DNA of 64,000 nt from Alphaproteobacteria bacterium. Its GTDB lineage: Bacteria > Pseudomonadota > Alphaproteobacteria > GCA-2731375. Made by a program: the position numbers and the translations under genes. Shown here piece by piece: positions 1-11,235 of this stretch. The DNA is taken from the NCBI GenBank assembly GCA_965225945.1, contig CBDDBZ010000033.1, positions 247,533 through 311,532 on the forward strand, read 5' to 3'. Numbering within the stretch: position 1 is the first letter of the stretch; each line of letters begins with the position of its first letter. The notes beneath the pieces are model-generated. The model made no database searches, was not told where the DNA came from, and saw nothing but the letters and a program-made list of their open reading frames with translations.

Positions 1-3000
1 CGGTCCACCAGCTCGGCCGCGAAGGCATCGATCTCGGCGGCTTCCCGCAATCGGCCCAGGCGGCGGTAGAGGCCGAGGCGGAGATCGAGATCGGCGACGT
101 AATCGCCGGGGATCAGCACCGCCATGCCGAGGGCGATCTGTGGCGACCAATCGCCACGCTCGACCTCGTCCATCCCCTCGCCATCGCGCGCGCGGGCCAC
201 CGCCTCCTCCAGCAATTGCTGGTAGAGCTCGAGCCCGACTTCCTTGATATGGCCAGACTGCTCCTCGCCCAAGAGATTGCCGGCGCCGCGAATGTCGAGG
301 TCGTGGCTCGCCAGAGAGAAGCCGGCGCCGAGCGTGTCGAGCGCCTGCAGGACCTTCAGGCGTTTCATCGCGTTGGCGCTGGGGGCGCGGCGAGGCGGCA
401 GGGTGAAGTAGGAATAGGCCCGCTTCTTGGCCCGCCCGATGCGGCCGCGCAACTGATAGAGCTGGGCCAGGCCGAACATGTCGGCGCGGTGCACGACGAG
501 GGTGTTGGCGTTGGGAATATCCAGCCCCGATTCGATGATCGTGGTGGTGACCAATACATCGAACGCACCGTCGTAGAAGGCGCTCATCACCTCCTCGAGC
601 TCGCCCCCCGACAGCCGCCCATGCGCGGTCACGAACTTCACCTCGGGGATGTTGTCGCGGAGGAAGGTGGCGGCGTCGGGAAGGTCCTGGATGCGGGGGC
701 AGACGTAGAAGCTCTGTCCGCCGCGATAGTGCTCTCGAAGGATCGCCTCGCGCACGATCACCGGATCGAACGGCAGGACGAAGGTCCGGACCGCCAGGCG
801 GTCGACCGGTGGCGTCGCGATCAGGCTCAACTCCTTCACGCCGCTCATCGCCAGTTGCAGCGTCCTGGGGATCGGCGTCGCGGTGAGGGTCAGGACGTGG
901 ACGTCCTCCCGCAGTTGCTTCAGCCGTTCCTTGTGCTTGACCCCGAAGTGTTGCTCCTCGTCGACGATCAGCAGCTCGAGAGCCTTGAAGCGGATACGCT
1001 TGGCGAGCAACGCGTGGGTGCCGATCACGATATCGACGCGACCGCTCTCCATGTCCGCCCGCGTCGCCGCCGCGTCCTTGGTGGCGACCAGGCGGGACAG
1101 TTGACGGATCTCCACCGCGGAATCGCGAAAACGCTCCGCGAAGGTCTCGAAGTGTTGGCGCGCCAACAGCGTCGTCGGCGTCACCACCGCGACTTGGCCC
1201 CCGGCCATCACCGTGGCGAAGGCGCTTCGAAGTGCTACCTCGGTCTTGCCGAAGCCGACGTCGCCGCAGATCAGGCGGTCCATCGGCCGGCCGGCCGCCA
1301 GGTCGGCCATCACGTCCTCGATCGCGCGGCTCTGATCCTCCGTCTCCTCGAAGGGGAAGCGGGCGCAGAATGTGGCGTAGAGCGGATCGTCCGCGTCGAT
1401 CTTGGGCGCGGACTTGAGCGCACGGGCCGACGCCACCTTGATCAAGGCCTCCGCCATGTCCTCGAGGCGAGACTTCAGCCGGGCCTTGCGCGCCTGCCAA
1501 CCGGCACCGCCCAGGCGGTCGAGGGCGACGCCCGCCTGCTCCGAGCCGTAGCGGGACAGCATCTCGATGTTGACCACCGGAAGGTAGAGCTTGTCGCCGC
1601 CGTCGTAGCGCAGGTGCAGGCAATCGTGCGGCGCGCCGCCGACGTCGATCGTCAACAGCCCTTCATAGCGAGCGATCCCATGTTCCGCGTGGACCACCAA
1701 GTCGCCGACGCCGAGCTCGGTGGCGCTGGTCAGGAATTCTTCCGCCCGGCGCGATCGCCGGCCGGCGCGGCGCATGCGATCGCCCAGAATGTCCTGCTCG
1801 CCGACGACGACCAGATCGTCGGTCTCGAAGCCGTGCTCCAGCGCCAGCACGATCAACGCCAGCCGGCCTCGCGCCAGGCCCGCCAGCGCCGGGCCGTCCG
1901 CGACCACGCTCGCGTCGTCGATCTCGTAATCCCCGAGCAGCGTCGCCAAACGGTCCGCCGAGCCGGGGGAGTAAGCGGCGATGGCGACCCGGCGCCCAGC
2001 CGATACATGGGCTCGAAGGTGATCGCGAAGGGCGCCGAAGACGTCGAGCCCGTCGTGCTGCCGCTCGGCGGCAAAATCGCGCCCGCGCCGGCCACCGAGG
2101 TCGATCACGCTCTCCGACGGCGGCGCCCGAAACGGCGTCAGGGCCAGCGCGGCGCGCGCCGCCAACACCTCGTCCCACTCGCCCTGGCGGAGATAGAGTC
2201 GCTCCGACGGCAGCGGATTGTAAGGCGGCGCCTCGTCACCGCGCTGGGCGACATGGTCCTTGCGGGCTTCGAAATGTTCCTCGATCTGCGACAGGCGGGC
2301 GACGACCGCTTCCTCCACCAGGGGGTCGAGAGCGATCCGTGCCTCCGGGAGGAAATCGAACAGGCTTTCCAGCCCCTCGTGGAACAGCGGCAACCAGTGC
2401 TCCATTCCAATGTGACGGCGGCCGGCGCTGACTCCGTGATAGAGCAGGTCCTCCCCGGTCACGGCGCCGAAGGCGCGGCGATAGCCGGCGCGAAAGCGGT
2501 CGATCGAGGCCTGGTCGAGCGAGACCTCGGATACCGGTCCCAAGCGAAATTCCACGGCCTTGCCGGTGGTGCGCTGGGTCAGCGGATCGAAGAGGCGGAT
2601 ACTCTCCAACTCGTCGCCGAAGAAGTCGAGCCGCATCGGCGCCTCGCCCCCCGGTGGAAAGATGTCCAGCAGGCCGCCCCGCTGGGCGAATTCTCCCGGC
2701 TCCATCACCGTGCCGGATCGCGAATAGCCGTTTCGCGCCAGAAACGCGCCCAGGGCGTCGAGCGAGACCGCGCCCGCGATCCGGCCCTCGAACACCGTGC
2801 CGGCGAAGCTCGCCCGCATCGGAACCCGTTGCAGGGCGGCGCTGACGGTGGTGACGAGGATGTGCGGACGCCCGGCGCCCGCCCCGGGCTCGGCCAGGCG
2901 CGAGAGCATGTCGGCGCGCCTGGCCGCCACCTCCGCGTTGGGCGAGGCGCGATCGTAGGGCAGGCAGTCCCACGCCGGAAAGCACCAGACCTCGAGCCCG

Positions 3001-3182
3001 GGATCGAAGAAGGCGAGCGCCTCGGCGAGCGCCATCATCCGTCCCTCGTCCCGCGCGACGTGGAGCAGACCACCGTCGAGCCGGCGGGCGAGGCCTGCGA
3101 GAAATTGCGCGTCGACCCCCTCCGGCGCGCCGGCGAGCGTCAGGCGCCCAGGCGCGCCGACAACCTGCTCGATTCCGTTCAT
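1..3182 (-). CDS. mfd: Transcription-repair coupling factor Mfd (3' end runs off the window)
   Basis: The minus strand from ATG 3182 reads MNGIEQVVGAPGRLTLAGAPEG. It contains ICGDVGFGKTEV (Walker A) and DEEQHFGVKHKERLKQLR. It is absent from the ORF track because its stop lies outside the window. Confidence 0.95.
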   Translation of the reverse strand, partial: MNGIEQVVGAPGRLTLAGAPEGVDAQFLAGLARRLDGGLLHVARDEGRMMALAEALAFFDPGLEVWCFPAWDCLPYDRASPNAEVAARRADMLSRLAEPGAGAGRPHILVTTVSAALQRVPMRASFAGTVFEGRIAGAVSLDALGAFLARNGYSRSGTVMEPGEFAQRGGLLDIFPPGGEAPMRLDFFGDELESIRLFDPLTQRTTGKAVEFRLGPVSEVSLDQASIDRFRAGYRRAFGAVTGEDLLYHGVSAGRRHIGMEHWLPLFHEGLESLFDFLPEARIALDPLVEEAVVARLSQIEEHFEARKDHVAQRGDEAPPYNPLPSERLYLRQGEWDEVLAARAALALTPFRAPPSESVIDLGGRRGRDFAAERQHDGLDVFGALRDHLRAHVSAGRRVAIAAYSPGSADRLATLLGDYEIDDASVVADGPALAGLARGRLALIVLALEHGFETDDLVVVGEQDILGDRMRRAGRRSRRAEEFLTSATELGVGDLVVHAEHGIARYEGLLTIDVGGAPHDCLHLRYDGGDKLYLPVVNIEMLSRYGSEQAGVALDRLGGAGWQARKARLKSRLEDMAEALIKVASARALKSAPKIDADDPLYATFCARFPFEETEDQSRAIEDVMADLAAGRPMDRLICGDVGFGKTEVALRSAFATVMAGGQVAVVTPTTLLARQHFETFAERFRDSAVEIRQLSRLVATKDAAATRADMESGRVDIVIGTHALLAKRIRFKALELLIVDEEQHFGVKHKERLKQLREDVHVLTLTATPIPRTLQLAMSGVKELSLIATPPVDRLAVRTFVLPFDPVIVREAILREHYRGGQSFYVCPRIQDLPDAATFLRDNIPEVKFVTAHGRLSGGELEEVMSAFYDGAFDVLVTTTIIESGLDIPNANTLVVHRADMFGLAQLYQLRGRIGRAKKRAYSYFTLPPRRAPSANAMKRLKVLQALDTLGAGFSLASHDLDIRGAGNLLGEEQSGHIKEVGLELYQQLLEEAVARARDGEGMDEVERGDWSPQIALGMAVLIPGDYVADLDLRLGLYRRLGRLREAAEIDAFAAELVD

Positions 3183-3798
3183 ACCAACCGCCAAAAATGG
3201 CGACTCCCCGGCCGCCCCGCTCCCGGTTTTCTCCCCTGGCCAAACCCCATAGGATAATTCCGACGGCCGCTCTCCCGCGTGTTTCATTGGAGAGCGGCCG
3301 TGGTTGAGTATGTCGGAGGGAACGAATCGAGGGAAGAGACGGCGAATTGCATCAAGGACGCGTCGGGCGCGGTGTTGTATCGGGCAAGGTGGCGAGGAGG
3401 TCGACGAGAGAATTGGAATGAAAAGCCGTGTTGGCTCGGCGCGAGACGACACCCCCGAGGCCAGGGCCGGCGATCCGAGCGGGCTCGGGTTCACCAAGGG
3501 CAAGGGGCCGCCTTCCCCTCTCCGCCACCGTCGCTCGCCGGGCTAAGTTGCGCGGTCGTTCGAACCCCGATCTAATGTTCGATATAGTTCGGCGGACGCG
3601 ACCGTCGACGCCATGGGAACCTGTCCTGGAGCGAGAGAACCATGAGCGATCGCCCGCTTGAGGATAAGGTCTCGATGTCGGCGGGGGAGAAATGAGGCGT
3701 GGCCGCGCAATGGTGACGGTTCGGCTAGCCACGATCCTACTCGCCTGGTGCCTGTCGTTCGCGAGGTCGAGAAATAGTGTACTCTCCCCCGAAACGGC

Positions 3799-3927
3799 GA
3801 ATTGAAACGCCGCGAGCAGGAACTGGCGGAGAAGGAAGCGCAACTCCGGGTCGCGCTGGACAATATGCTGGGCGGCATGATGCTTGGCGATCGAGAGCTC
3901 GACTGGGTGCTCTTCATTGCGCAGTAA
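3799..3927 (+). pseudogene. Orphan PAS-domain fragment of a sensor kinase
   Basis: Reads ELKRREQELAEKEAQLRVALDNMLGGMMLGDRELDWVLF then stops. It is similar to [30 protein letters not shown] in the kinase at about 8010-8100. Confidence 0.6.
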
Positions 3928-4062
3928 AGCGGGTTGCACGATTGCGATGGCGTTGACGCCAGCCGTCGTGGATATTCGAGGTTCGAGGATAATTTTATCG
4001 CCTGCGGGTACGACGTGTAAGTCGCGAATCTGAGGGAGGAACGAACGAGGGAGAATTGAACG

Positions 4063-4843
4063 ATGCGTCGCATGCTGACCTGCTTGGTCGCTTCATGGAT
4101 CTTAATCCTCGGTTGTGGCGTGGCTGCCGCGCAGACGTCGAAGACCATCCGCCTGACCAACGGCGAGTGGCAGCCCTATCTCTCGAAGGACACGCTGCAC
4201 TACGAGTACGCTTCGCACATCGTCACCGAGGCCTTTGCCCTCGTCGGCGTCGAGGTCGAAAACGGTTTCTTCCCATGGAAGCGGTCGTTCAAACTCGTAA
4301 AGGAAGGAACTTGGGACGGCACCGTGGTCTGGCTCTACACCGACGAGCGCCGAGAGCATTTTCTTTACTCGCAAGGGGTCGTCCAAACGAAGTATGCGTT
4401 CTTCTATCTGAAAGGTTCCGATTTCGATTGGAATAGCTACGAGGGATTGAGAGGCATCCGTATTGGCGGGACGTTGCAATACACATATGGCGAGGGATTT
4501 GACGCCGCAGAGAAGGCCGGCATTATCAATACGAATCGGGCGCCAAGCGACGAAATCGGACTCAAGAAGCTGCTGAAGGGCCGAATCGAAGCGTTTCCCG
4601 GCGAGGTCAAGGTGACCTACGCGCAGATTCGCGACACCTTCTCCCAGGAGGACGCGGCGTTGTTCACGCACCACCCCAAAGCCATAAACGAGGCCCCGAT
4701 GCACCTCTTGCTGAGCAAAAATGTCGCGGGGAACGAGGCGATGCGCGATCTGTTCAACGAAGGACTGAAGCGCCTCAAGGTAAAGCGGGCGGTATGACCA
4801 GATCATCGCCGACGCTCTGGCCGGCAAGTACGCCAAGCCGTGA
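4063..4843 (+). CDS. Family 3 periplasmic substrate-binding protein; apparent 1-nt insertion near the C-terminus
   Basis: Signal peptide, TNGEWQPY, FFPWKR and LLKGRIEAF motifs. The typical tail SGRYDQIIADALAGKYAKP* continues in another frame to TGA 4843. Confidence 0.8.
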
Positions 4844-4848
4844 CGAGG

Positions 4849-5097
4849 CGCGAGAAGAGACATATCAAGCGGATAACTGGCGCGGCTCTCATGTAGCGCG
4901 TCGTGATCGTGATCTCAATGGGGGTGCGAAACATGATTAGAGAGTCCGGCTTTCTTTCGTTCAACACGATCCGGGCAAAGTTTCTCGCGAGAAGAGACAT
5001 ATCAAGCGGATAACTGGCGCGGCTCTCATGTAGCGCGTCGTGATCGTGATCTCAATGGGGGTGCGAAACATGATTAGAGAGTCCGGCTTTCTTTCGT
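4849..5097. repeat. 112-bp exact direct repeat (4849-4960 and 4986-5097) separated by 25 bp
   Basis: Direct comparison: cgcgagaagagacatatc...ggctttctttcgt occurs twice. Confidence 0.95.
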
Positions 5098-5269
5098 CAT
5101 CCCGCTTGTGTTGCTTTCGACGATCGCCGTCTTCGGGCTGTTCGAGTTCGATGCCCGCCGGGACGCAAACCGCATGCTTCAGGACAAGCTCGACAAGCTG
5201 GTCGCCATCCAGAGCGCGGTGGTCGCCAAATCGCTGTGGAACGTCGCCGACGAGCAGATCAAGTTGATT

Positions 5270-6026
5270 CCTTGCCTATCCGGTTATCACCCACACCCAC
5301 TATATGTAGTGTGCACCCATTTTCCTGAGTAAAGCTCGGTGCAGGTCGAAGCGGAGATATCTCCGGCGATGCCGAGCAGGGACTCGGACGGCATTGTAGC
5401 GCCTTTTAGGCGACACTTTAGCGTGGTGGAAATCCTAATCATTGAGTCGGATTTGGCAAAACGCCACGTTGCATAAAGGACCGTCACTTCATTGAAATTT
5501 ATCTGAAATCGGAGGTGAACGACACCGATGGAATATTCCAGGAAATCAGAGCTTCATTGAATTGTAGGATTCGAGTGCCGGATTATTCACAAATAGCTCT
5601 GTGAACTGGTTTTCAAGTTCGCTCAATACGTCATATGAAGTAAACGGATTGAGGATCACGTTCTTGCGTGTCGCTTCGTCTTCGCTGCGACTCAAAACGC
5701 GCAGGAGACTAACAGGCGCGGACGGGTTCTTCGCAACGATTCGTGCCAGCGCGTCGCTTTCTTCGACTAGTGCCGTCAATCGCTCAGACGATGTCGTTTC
5801 ATCAGCAGCTTCCCGTCTGGCCGTGGGTTTCTTCGTTTTTCCCTTGGTCGCCACCGTTCCGTCCCCCGATGTTAAGTACGTGACGTGAATTAAACTCCGG
5901 TTCGGTTTTCAGAACAATCAAGAATTAGCCGGATCGCCTCCTCAATGCGCCTGCGCCGGCCCTTGCCTGCAGTCCAAGGAGACACACTACATATAGTGGG
6001 TGTGGGTGATAACCGGATAGGCAAGG
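5270..6026 (-). mobile_element. MITE-like unit A with 44-bp perfect terminal inverted repeats and no transposase
   Basis: ccttgcctatccggttatcacccacacccactatatgtagtgtg at 5270-5313 and its reverse complement at 5983-6026. Confidence 0.9.
5546..5854 (-). CDS. 102-aa passenger protein with leucine-rich-variant/HEAT-like repeats (copy A)
   Basis: Repeated xNPxxP/T-xxLLxxL pattern (AKNPSAPVSLLRVL, ILNPFTSYDVLSEL, VNNPAL). GGGGGA SD-like sequence upstream of the GTG. Confidence 0.55.
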   Translation of the reverse strand: MATKGKTKKPTARREAADETTSSERLTALVEESDALARIVAKNPSAPVSLLRVLSRSEDEATRKNVILNPFTSYDVLSELENQFTELFVNNPALESYNSMKL

Positions 6027-6333
6027 CTTCAACCTCGAAGACACCCACATGACCGACCCGGAGCGCATCTCCAAGCTCACCGCCGTCCTTTCCATCACCT
6101 TCTGCTGGGCGCACAAAGTCGGCGATTGGCTCCACGAGGCCGAGCCGATCCGCCTCAAAACCCACAAAAGGATGGCAAAATCCATCTTCCGATACGGTTT
6201 CGAGTGGATAAGGCGACAGCTCGTCAATCCTATCGACAGGCGTCAAGCCATTGAGCTGATTCGTTTCCTCGTCCCCGGAAAACCACCAGTCCAGGTGCCC
6301 AGGCCAAAGCCAGCATGAACGAGTCGTGTACTG
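6027..6333 (+). pseudogene. C-terminal fragment and probable right end of an IS4-family (ISAba1/IS10-like) transposase
   Basis: (G)FNLEDTHMTDPERISKL...FCWA...SIFRYGFEW; gagtcgtgtactg after the stop resembles the ISAba1-type inverted repeat. Confidence 0.75.
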
Positions 6334-6379
6334 TGCAATCTGACATTAAGTGCACTGTCACCTAATGCTGTCGATCACC

Positions 6380-6425
6380 GATTGAGCAACCTGATGTGTG
6401 GAAATTCGGAACGCCGTTGATCAGT
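6380..6425 (-). mobile_element. Isolated right end of the IS256 element also present at 60244
   Basis: gattgagcaacctgatgtgtggaaattcggaacgccgttgatcagt is identical to 60244-60289. Confidence 0.9.
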
Positions 6426-7182
6426 CCTTGCCTATCCGGTTATCACCCACACCCACTATATGTAGTGTGTCTCCTTGGACTGCAGGCAAGGGCCGGCGCA
6501 GGCGCATTGAGGAGGCGATCCGGCTAATTCTTGATTGTTCTGAAAACCGAACCGGAGTTTAATTCACGTCACGTACTTAACATCGGGGGACGGAACGGTG
6601 GCGACCAAGGGAAAAACGAAGAAACCCACGGCCAGACGGGAAGCTGCTGATGAAACGACATCGTCTGAGCGATTGACGGCACTAGTCGAAGAAAGCGACG
6701 CGCTGGCACGAATCGTTGCGAAGAACCCGTCCGCGCCTGTTAGTCTCCTGCGCGTTTTGAGTCGCAGCGAAGACGAAGCGACACGCAAGAACGTGATCCT
6801 CAATCCGTTTACTTCATATGACGTATTGAGCGAACTTGAAAACCAGTTCACAGAGCTATTTGTGAATAATCCGGCACTCGAATCCTACAATTCAATGAAG
6901 CTCTGATTTCCTGGAATATTCCATCGGTGTCGTTCACCTCCGATTTCAGATAAATTTCAATGAAGTGACGGTCCTTTATGCAACGTGGCGTTTTGCCAAA
7001 TCCGACTCAATGATTAGGATTTCCACCACGCTAAAGTGTCGCCTAAAAGGCGCTACAATGCCGTCCGAGTCCCTGCTCGGCATCGCCGGAGATATCTCCG
7101 CTTCGACCTGCACCGAGCTTTACTCAGGAAAATGGGTGCACACTACATATAGTGGGTGTGGGTGATAACCGGATAGGTAAGG
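6426..7182 (+). mobile_element. MITE-like unit B (inverted copy of unit A)
   Basis: Same 44-bp TIRs, with one mismatch in the right TIR (ggtaagg). Confidence 0.9.
6598..6906 (+). CDS. 102-aa LRV/HEAT-like passenger protein (copy B)
   Basis: Translation identical to 5546-5854. Confidence 0.55.
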   Translation: MATKGKTKKPTARREAADETTSSERLTALVEESDALARIVAKNPSAPVSLLRVLSRSEDEATRKNVILNPFTSYDVLSELENQFTELFVNNPALESYNSMKL

Positions 7183-8575
7183 TTGATTCTCGCCGCGCTG
7201 GCCATCGATCCCGACGTCGAGAGCGCCGCCGTATACGACGAGCGGGACCAGCTCGTCGGCTTTACCGGATCGGCCGATGAGATCGAGACACGGCCGTTCT
7301 TCGCGTCGAAAGAGATCGTCTACGTCTATGACGAGAAGCCCGAGGTCATCGGCCGGCTGACGGTTGCCTTGACCGACGCGCGTCTGCAATCCGCCGCACG
7401 GGAGCGCATGTTCCTGGCCGGCGTTTTGGCGGCCATTCTCATCGTCTCGGTCGTGTTCAGCGCGTTGCTCGGCAACCGTCGCACGATCGGCATCCCGCTC
7501 GAGCGGCTGCTCGCCTCGATCGACCGTTCGCGCGAGGGCGGCAAACGCCAAGCCGTCGATTGGCGGAGCAACGACGAGATCGGCGCCGTGGTCTCGGCGT
7601 TCAACGAGATGCAGGAACGCCAAAAGGCTTACGAGCAGGATCTCGAGGCAACGCGCGACATGCTCGAGCGCCGCGTCGAGGAGCGCACCCGCGAGCTCGC
7701 CCATCTCGCCCGGTTCCCGTCCGAGGACCCGAGCCCGGTGCTCAGGGTGATGCCCGACGGCGCCGTGCTCTACGCCAACGATGCCGCGATTGCGGTCAAT
7801 GGGCTGCTCGAGGGAGGCAGGAAGTCGACGCTCCCGCGCGACCTCGCCGGGGTTTGTGCCGAGGCGTCTCGCACCGCCGAGGTCCGGGAGAGCGAGTTCG
7901 AAAGCGGCGATTGCGTCTTCGCCTTGTCGATCGCACCGGTCGCCGACGAGTCCTACATCAATATTTACGGCCGCGACATCACCGAACGCAAACGGGCGGA
8001 AGCGGACCTGTCCGAGAAGGAAGCCCAACTCCGTCTGACGCTGAACCGTATGCCCGGCGGCATAAGGCTTGTCGATAAGGACAGAAATTACGTATTATTC
8101 AACTCGCGATACTCCGAATTGTACGATTTTCCCGAAGGACTTCTCAAAGTCGGCGATTCCAGCCGTGTCGAGAATCTTTACCAGGCCCGACGCGGCGACT
8201 TCGGCGACGGCGATCCGGAGACGCTGGTCGATGAATGGCGAAACGAAATTCCGGTGCAAACCGAACCCGCGAGTTGGGAACGAAGAACGGTTGGCGGGAA
8301 AACGCTTCGGGTCCGCACGGCACCAACGCCGGATGGCGGTTTCGTGAATATTGTTACCGACATCACCGCGCACAAGCGCGCCGAGGAAGCGTCGCGCGAG
8401 GCGCGCGACTCCGCCGAATTGGCGACGCAGGCCAAGGCGGCGTTCCTCGCCACAATGAGCCATGAGATCCGCACGCCCATGAACGGCGTCATCGGCATGG
8501 TCGACCTGCTGCGCCGGACCACGCTGGATGATGATCAACGCCAGATGATGACGACCGTGCGCGAATCGGCGTATT

Positions 8576-8606
<31 letters not shown>

Positions 8607-10463
8607 CTTCTCGAAGATCGAGGCCGGCAAGCTCGATCTCGAGGCGATCCCGATCTCGATCTGCGATGCCCTCGAAGGCGTCGGCGAAACCCTTGCGCCC
8701 ACCGCCAGAAACAAGGGCATCCGGCTCAGCACCTACGTCGATCCCGCCATTCCCGATGCGGTTGTCGGTGACCAAACGCGCATCCGCCAGATCCTTTTTA
8801 ATCTGGGCGGCAACGCGATCAAGTTCACCGAAGCGGGCAAGGTGCTGATTCGCGCCGACAGGGTGCCCTCGAAGGCGAAGAAGAAGGTGACCGTCCGCTT
8901 CCAGATCATCGATTCAGGCATCGGAATTCCGAAGGAGGCTCAAAGGGAGCTGTTCCAGGCCTTCACCCAAGCCGAACGTTCGACGGCGCGGCGCTACGGC
9001 GGCACCGGGCTGGGGCTCTCGATTGTCCAGCGCTTGGCCAAGATGATGAAGGGTTCGATCGAGGTGGAGAGCACGCCCGGAAAGGGTTCCGTCTTCACGC
9101 TCACGGCGAGCTTCCCCGTGGCCGAGGAGCATCGCATCAAATCCGACGGCCTCGATCTCGCTGGCCTGAACGTCCTCTTGCTCGTTAGGGACGACGACGT
9201 GCGGGAGTTGTTCTCCCGATATCTACGACATTGGAATGCCGAGGTCACTCTGTGCGGGCAGATCGGCCGAACGAAGCGGCTCGCGCCGGATGCCGTGGCT
9301 AAGGGCAAGCCGTTCGATGTCATCGTCATTGGTTCGGGATGGTCGCCTAAAAAGCAGGCCGATGTCATCGCGTCCATTCGCGGCGCCGAGGGCCTGGCCG
9401 GGACCCGGTTCACCGTCATGGCTTCAACCCGTACGAAGGTGGATCGAATGCATATTGCCGAGACCGCGATTGTGGATGCGGACCCACTGCGCCGAGCCAG
9501 ATTTATCCGCGCCGTCGCCATGGCGGCCGGTCGGGCCAGCCCGGAAGTTCAGTTCGATGAGGATGTAGTTGCCGCCAAGGGCAGACCGGCGCCCTCGGTC
9601 GAGGAAGCCGAAGCGATGGGACAGCTCATCCTGGTGGCCGAGGACGACGTCACGAATCAACAGGTCATCCTTCGCCAGCTCAATGTACTCGGCTATGCGG
9701 CGACGATCGCAACCGACGGCAAGGAAGCGATGGAGGCCTTGCGGACCAGATCCCACGCTCTGCTGCTGACGGACTGCCACATGCCGAACATGGATGGCTA
9801 CGAGCTGACCGAGGCCATCAGGAAGGCCGAAAAGAAAACCGGAACGCGCCGCCCCATCATCGCGATCACCGCCAGCGCGCTGAAAGCGGAGATCGATCGG
9901 TGCTTCGAGTCGGGGATGGACGACTATCTCTCCAAACCGCTGGAGATGTCGAAGCTGAACGAGGCCCTGCGCAAATGGATGCCGGTCCCCGATGACGGAT
10001 TGCCGGTTGCGGCCGTGGAAGCGCCCGCGATGACGCCGGCCAAGGGTGAACAAGACGACGGCCCGACCGGTCCCCTCGACCCGAACGCCCTGAAAAGCTT
10101 GTTCGGCGACGCCGCCGACACCATCCGTAAACTCCTCGCGAAATTCGTTGCGTCGGCGTCGGAGACGGTCGCCCAAATCGAAGACGCCTGCAGGCGGAAA
10201 TCGGCTGAGGAGGTGGGCGCCCTCGGCCACAAATTGAAGTCGTCGTCGAGACAGATTGGGGCATACGCTCTGTCCGAGGTTTGTGTCGTACTAGAGCGAG
10301 CGGGCGCGGCATCCGATTGGCCGACGATCGAGAGCGATGTGCCGATACTGCGCGAGCGCATGAGCGAGGTGGCCGACTTCATCGCCAATCAGTCTTGAGG
10401 CGAACACGCGTGCTACCGATGCGATGCGCGGTGCCAGAACCAGGATGAAGCCATGACGGTTCC

Positions 10464-10965
10464 TTAGTGTCTGGCCCAAAAAGAGTTGAGTGATTTCAGT
10501 ATGTTGTGATTCTCTCGTTTGTGTTGAAGCAAATTAGGAGGCACGATGTGTGGACTGAAATGACTCAGCCGCAGCATGACTGGTCCAGCCTACGATATAT
10601 AAGTGATCTGACGGAGGCGGAATGGAACTCGATTGCGCCCTGTTGCCATCGGTCAGGCGTCTGGGTCGCCCACGGAGGAGCGATTTTCGCGAACTGCCGA
10701 ACGCGATCGTACCCATGGCGCGCACGGGTTGGCAATGGAGGATATTGCCGCGCGAGTTCCCGCCGCGCTCGACCCTGTAGCGCTAGTTTTACGCCTGGCG
10801 TCGCGACGCCGTCCTGCACGATCTCGACCATCATCCCCCAATGGCGGCGGCTTGCTGCTCGGCGCCCTGGTCGGCGATATCCAGGACCGCGACGGCGCGA
10901 CGGTGCTGCAGGCGTCGCTCCGAGAGGCCTTCCCCGGGCGGTGCCATGGCTTCGCCGACGGCGCC
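10464..10965 (+). pseudogene. Degraded IS5-family element (boundaries approximate)
   Basis: VWTEMTQPQHDWSSLRYISDLTEAEW matches the IS5 N-terminal motif YxSDLTDAEW; DIQDRDGA follows in another frame; multiple frameshifts. Confidence 0.75.
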
Positions 10966-10969
10966 ATCA

Positions 10970-11201
10970 CTTGGCAAACGAGGAAATGCGGGAGGCCCAC
11001 CACCTGGTTCACACGGTGAAGGGGGCGGCCGGACATTTGGCGGCGTTGGAACTGTACGCTCATGCCGAAAAACTCGAGCACGCCTTGCTAGAGCCCCATT
11101 CCAAGGGGCTTGCCGATCTGGTAAATTATTTCGAAGCTGCCTTTAACGAGGCCGTCGGCGCGGCGGAACGATTGGCTTCGACGCGTCGGGCGCGGGGCTA
11201 G
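10970..11201 (+). pseudogene. Truncated Hpt-domain fragment
   Basis: AHHLVHTVKGAAGHLAALELYAHAEKLE matches the Hpt HxxKG motif; the N-terminus is replaced by the IS5 relic. Confidence 0.65.
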
Positions 11202-11235
11202 TGGGAATCTTCACCTCGACCGCAACCCGTGGAGA

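Larger units (their letters stand above)
5270..7182. mobile_element. Composite element of two inverted 757-bp MITE-like units around 399 bp of captured DNA; 6-bp target duplication TTGATT
   Basis: TTGATT at 5264-5269 and 7183-7188. Units at 5270-6026 and 6426-7182 are reverse complements of each other. Confidence 0.9.

Noticed and set aside
216-3257. 1013-aa plus-strand ORF
   Set aside because: Antisense shadow of mfd; no recognisable motifs.
3679-3692. Possible att copy of the tRNA-Gln 3' end (ggcgggggagaa) defining a 22-kb island
   Set aside because: The match is short and gapped and no integrase is present; island boundaries are not supported.
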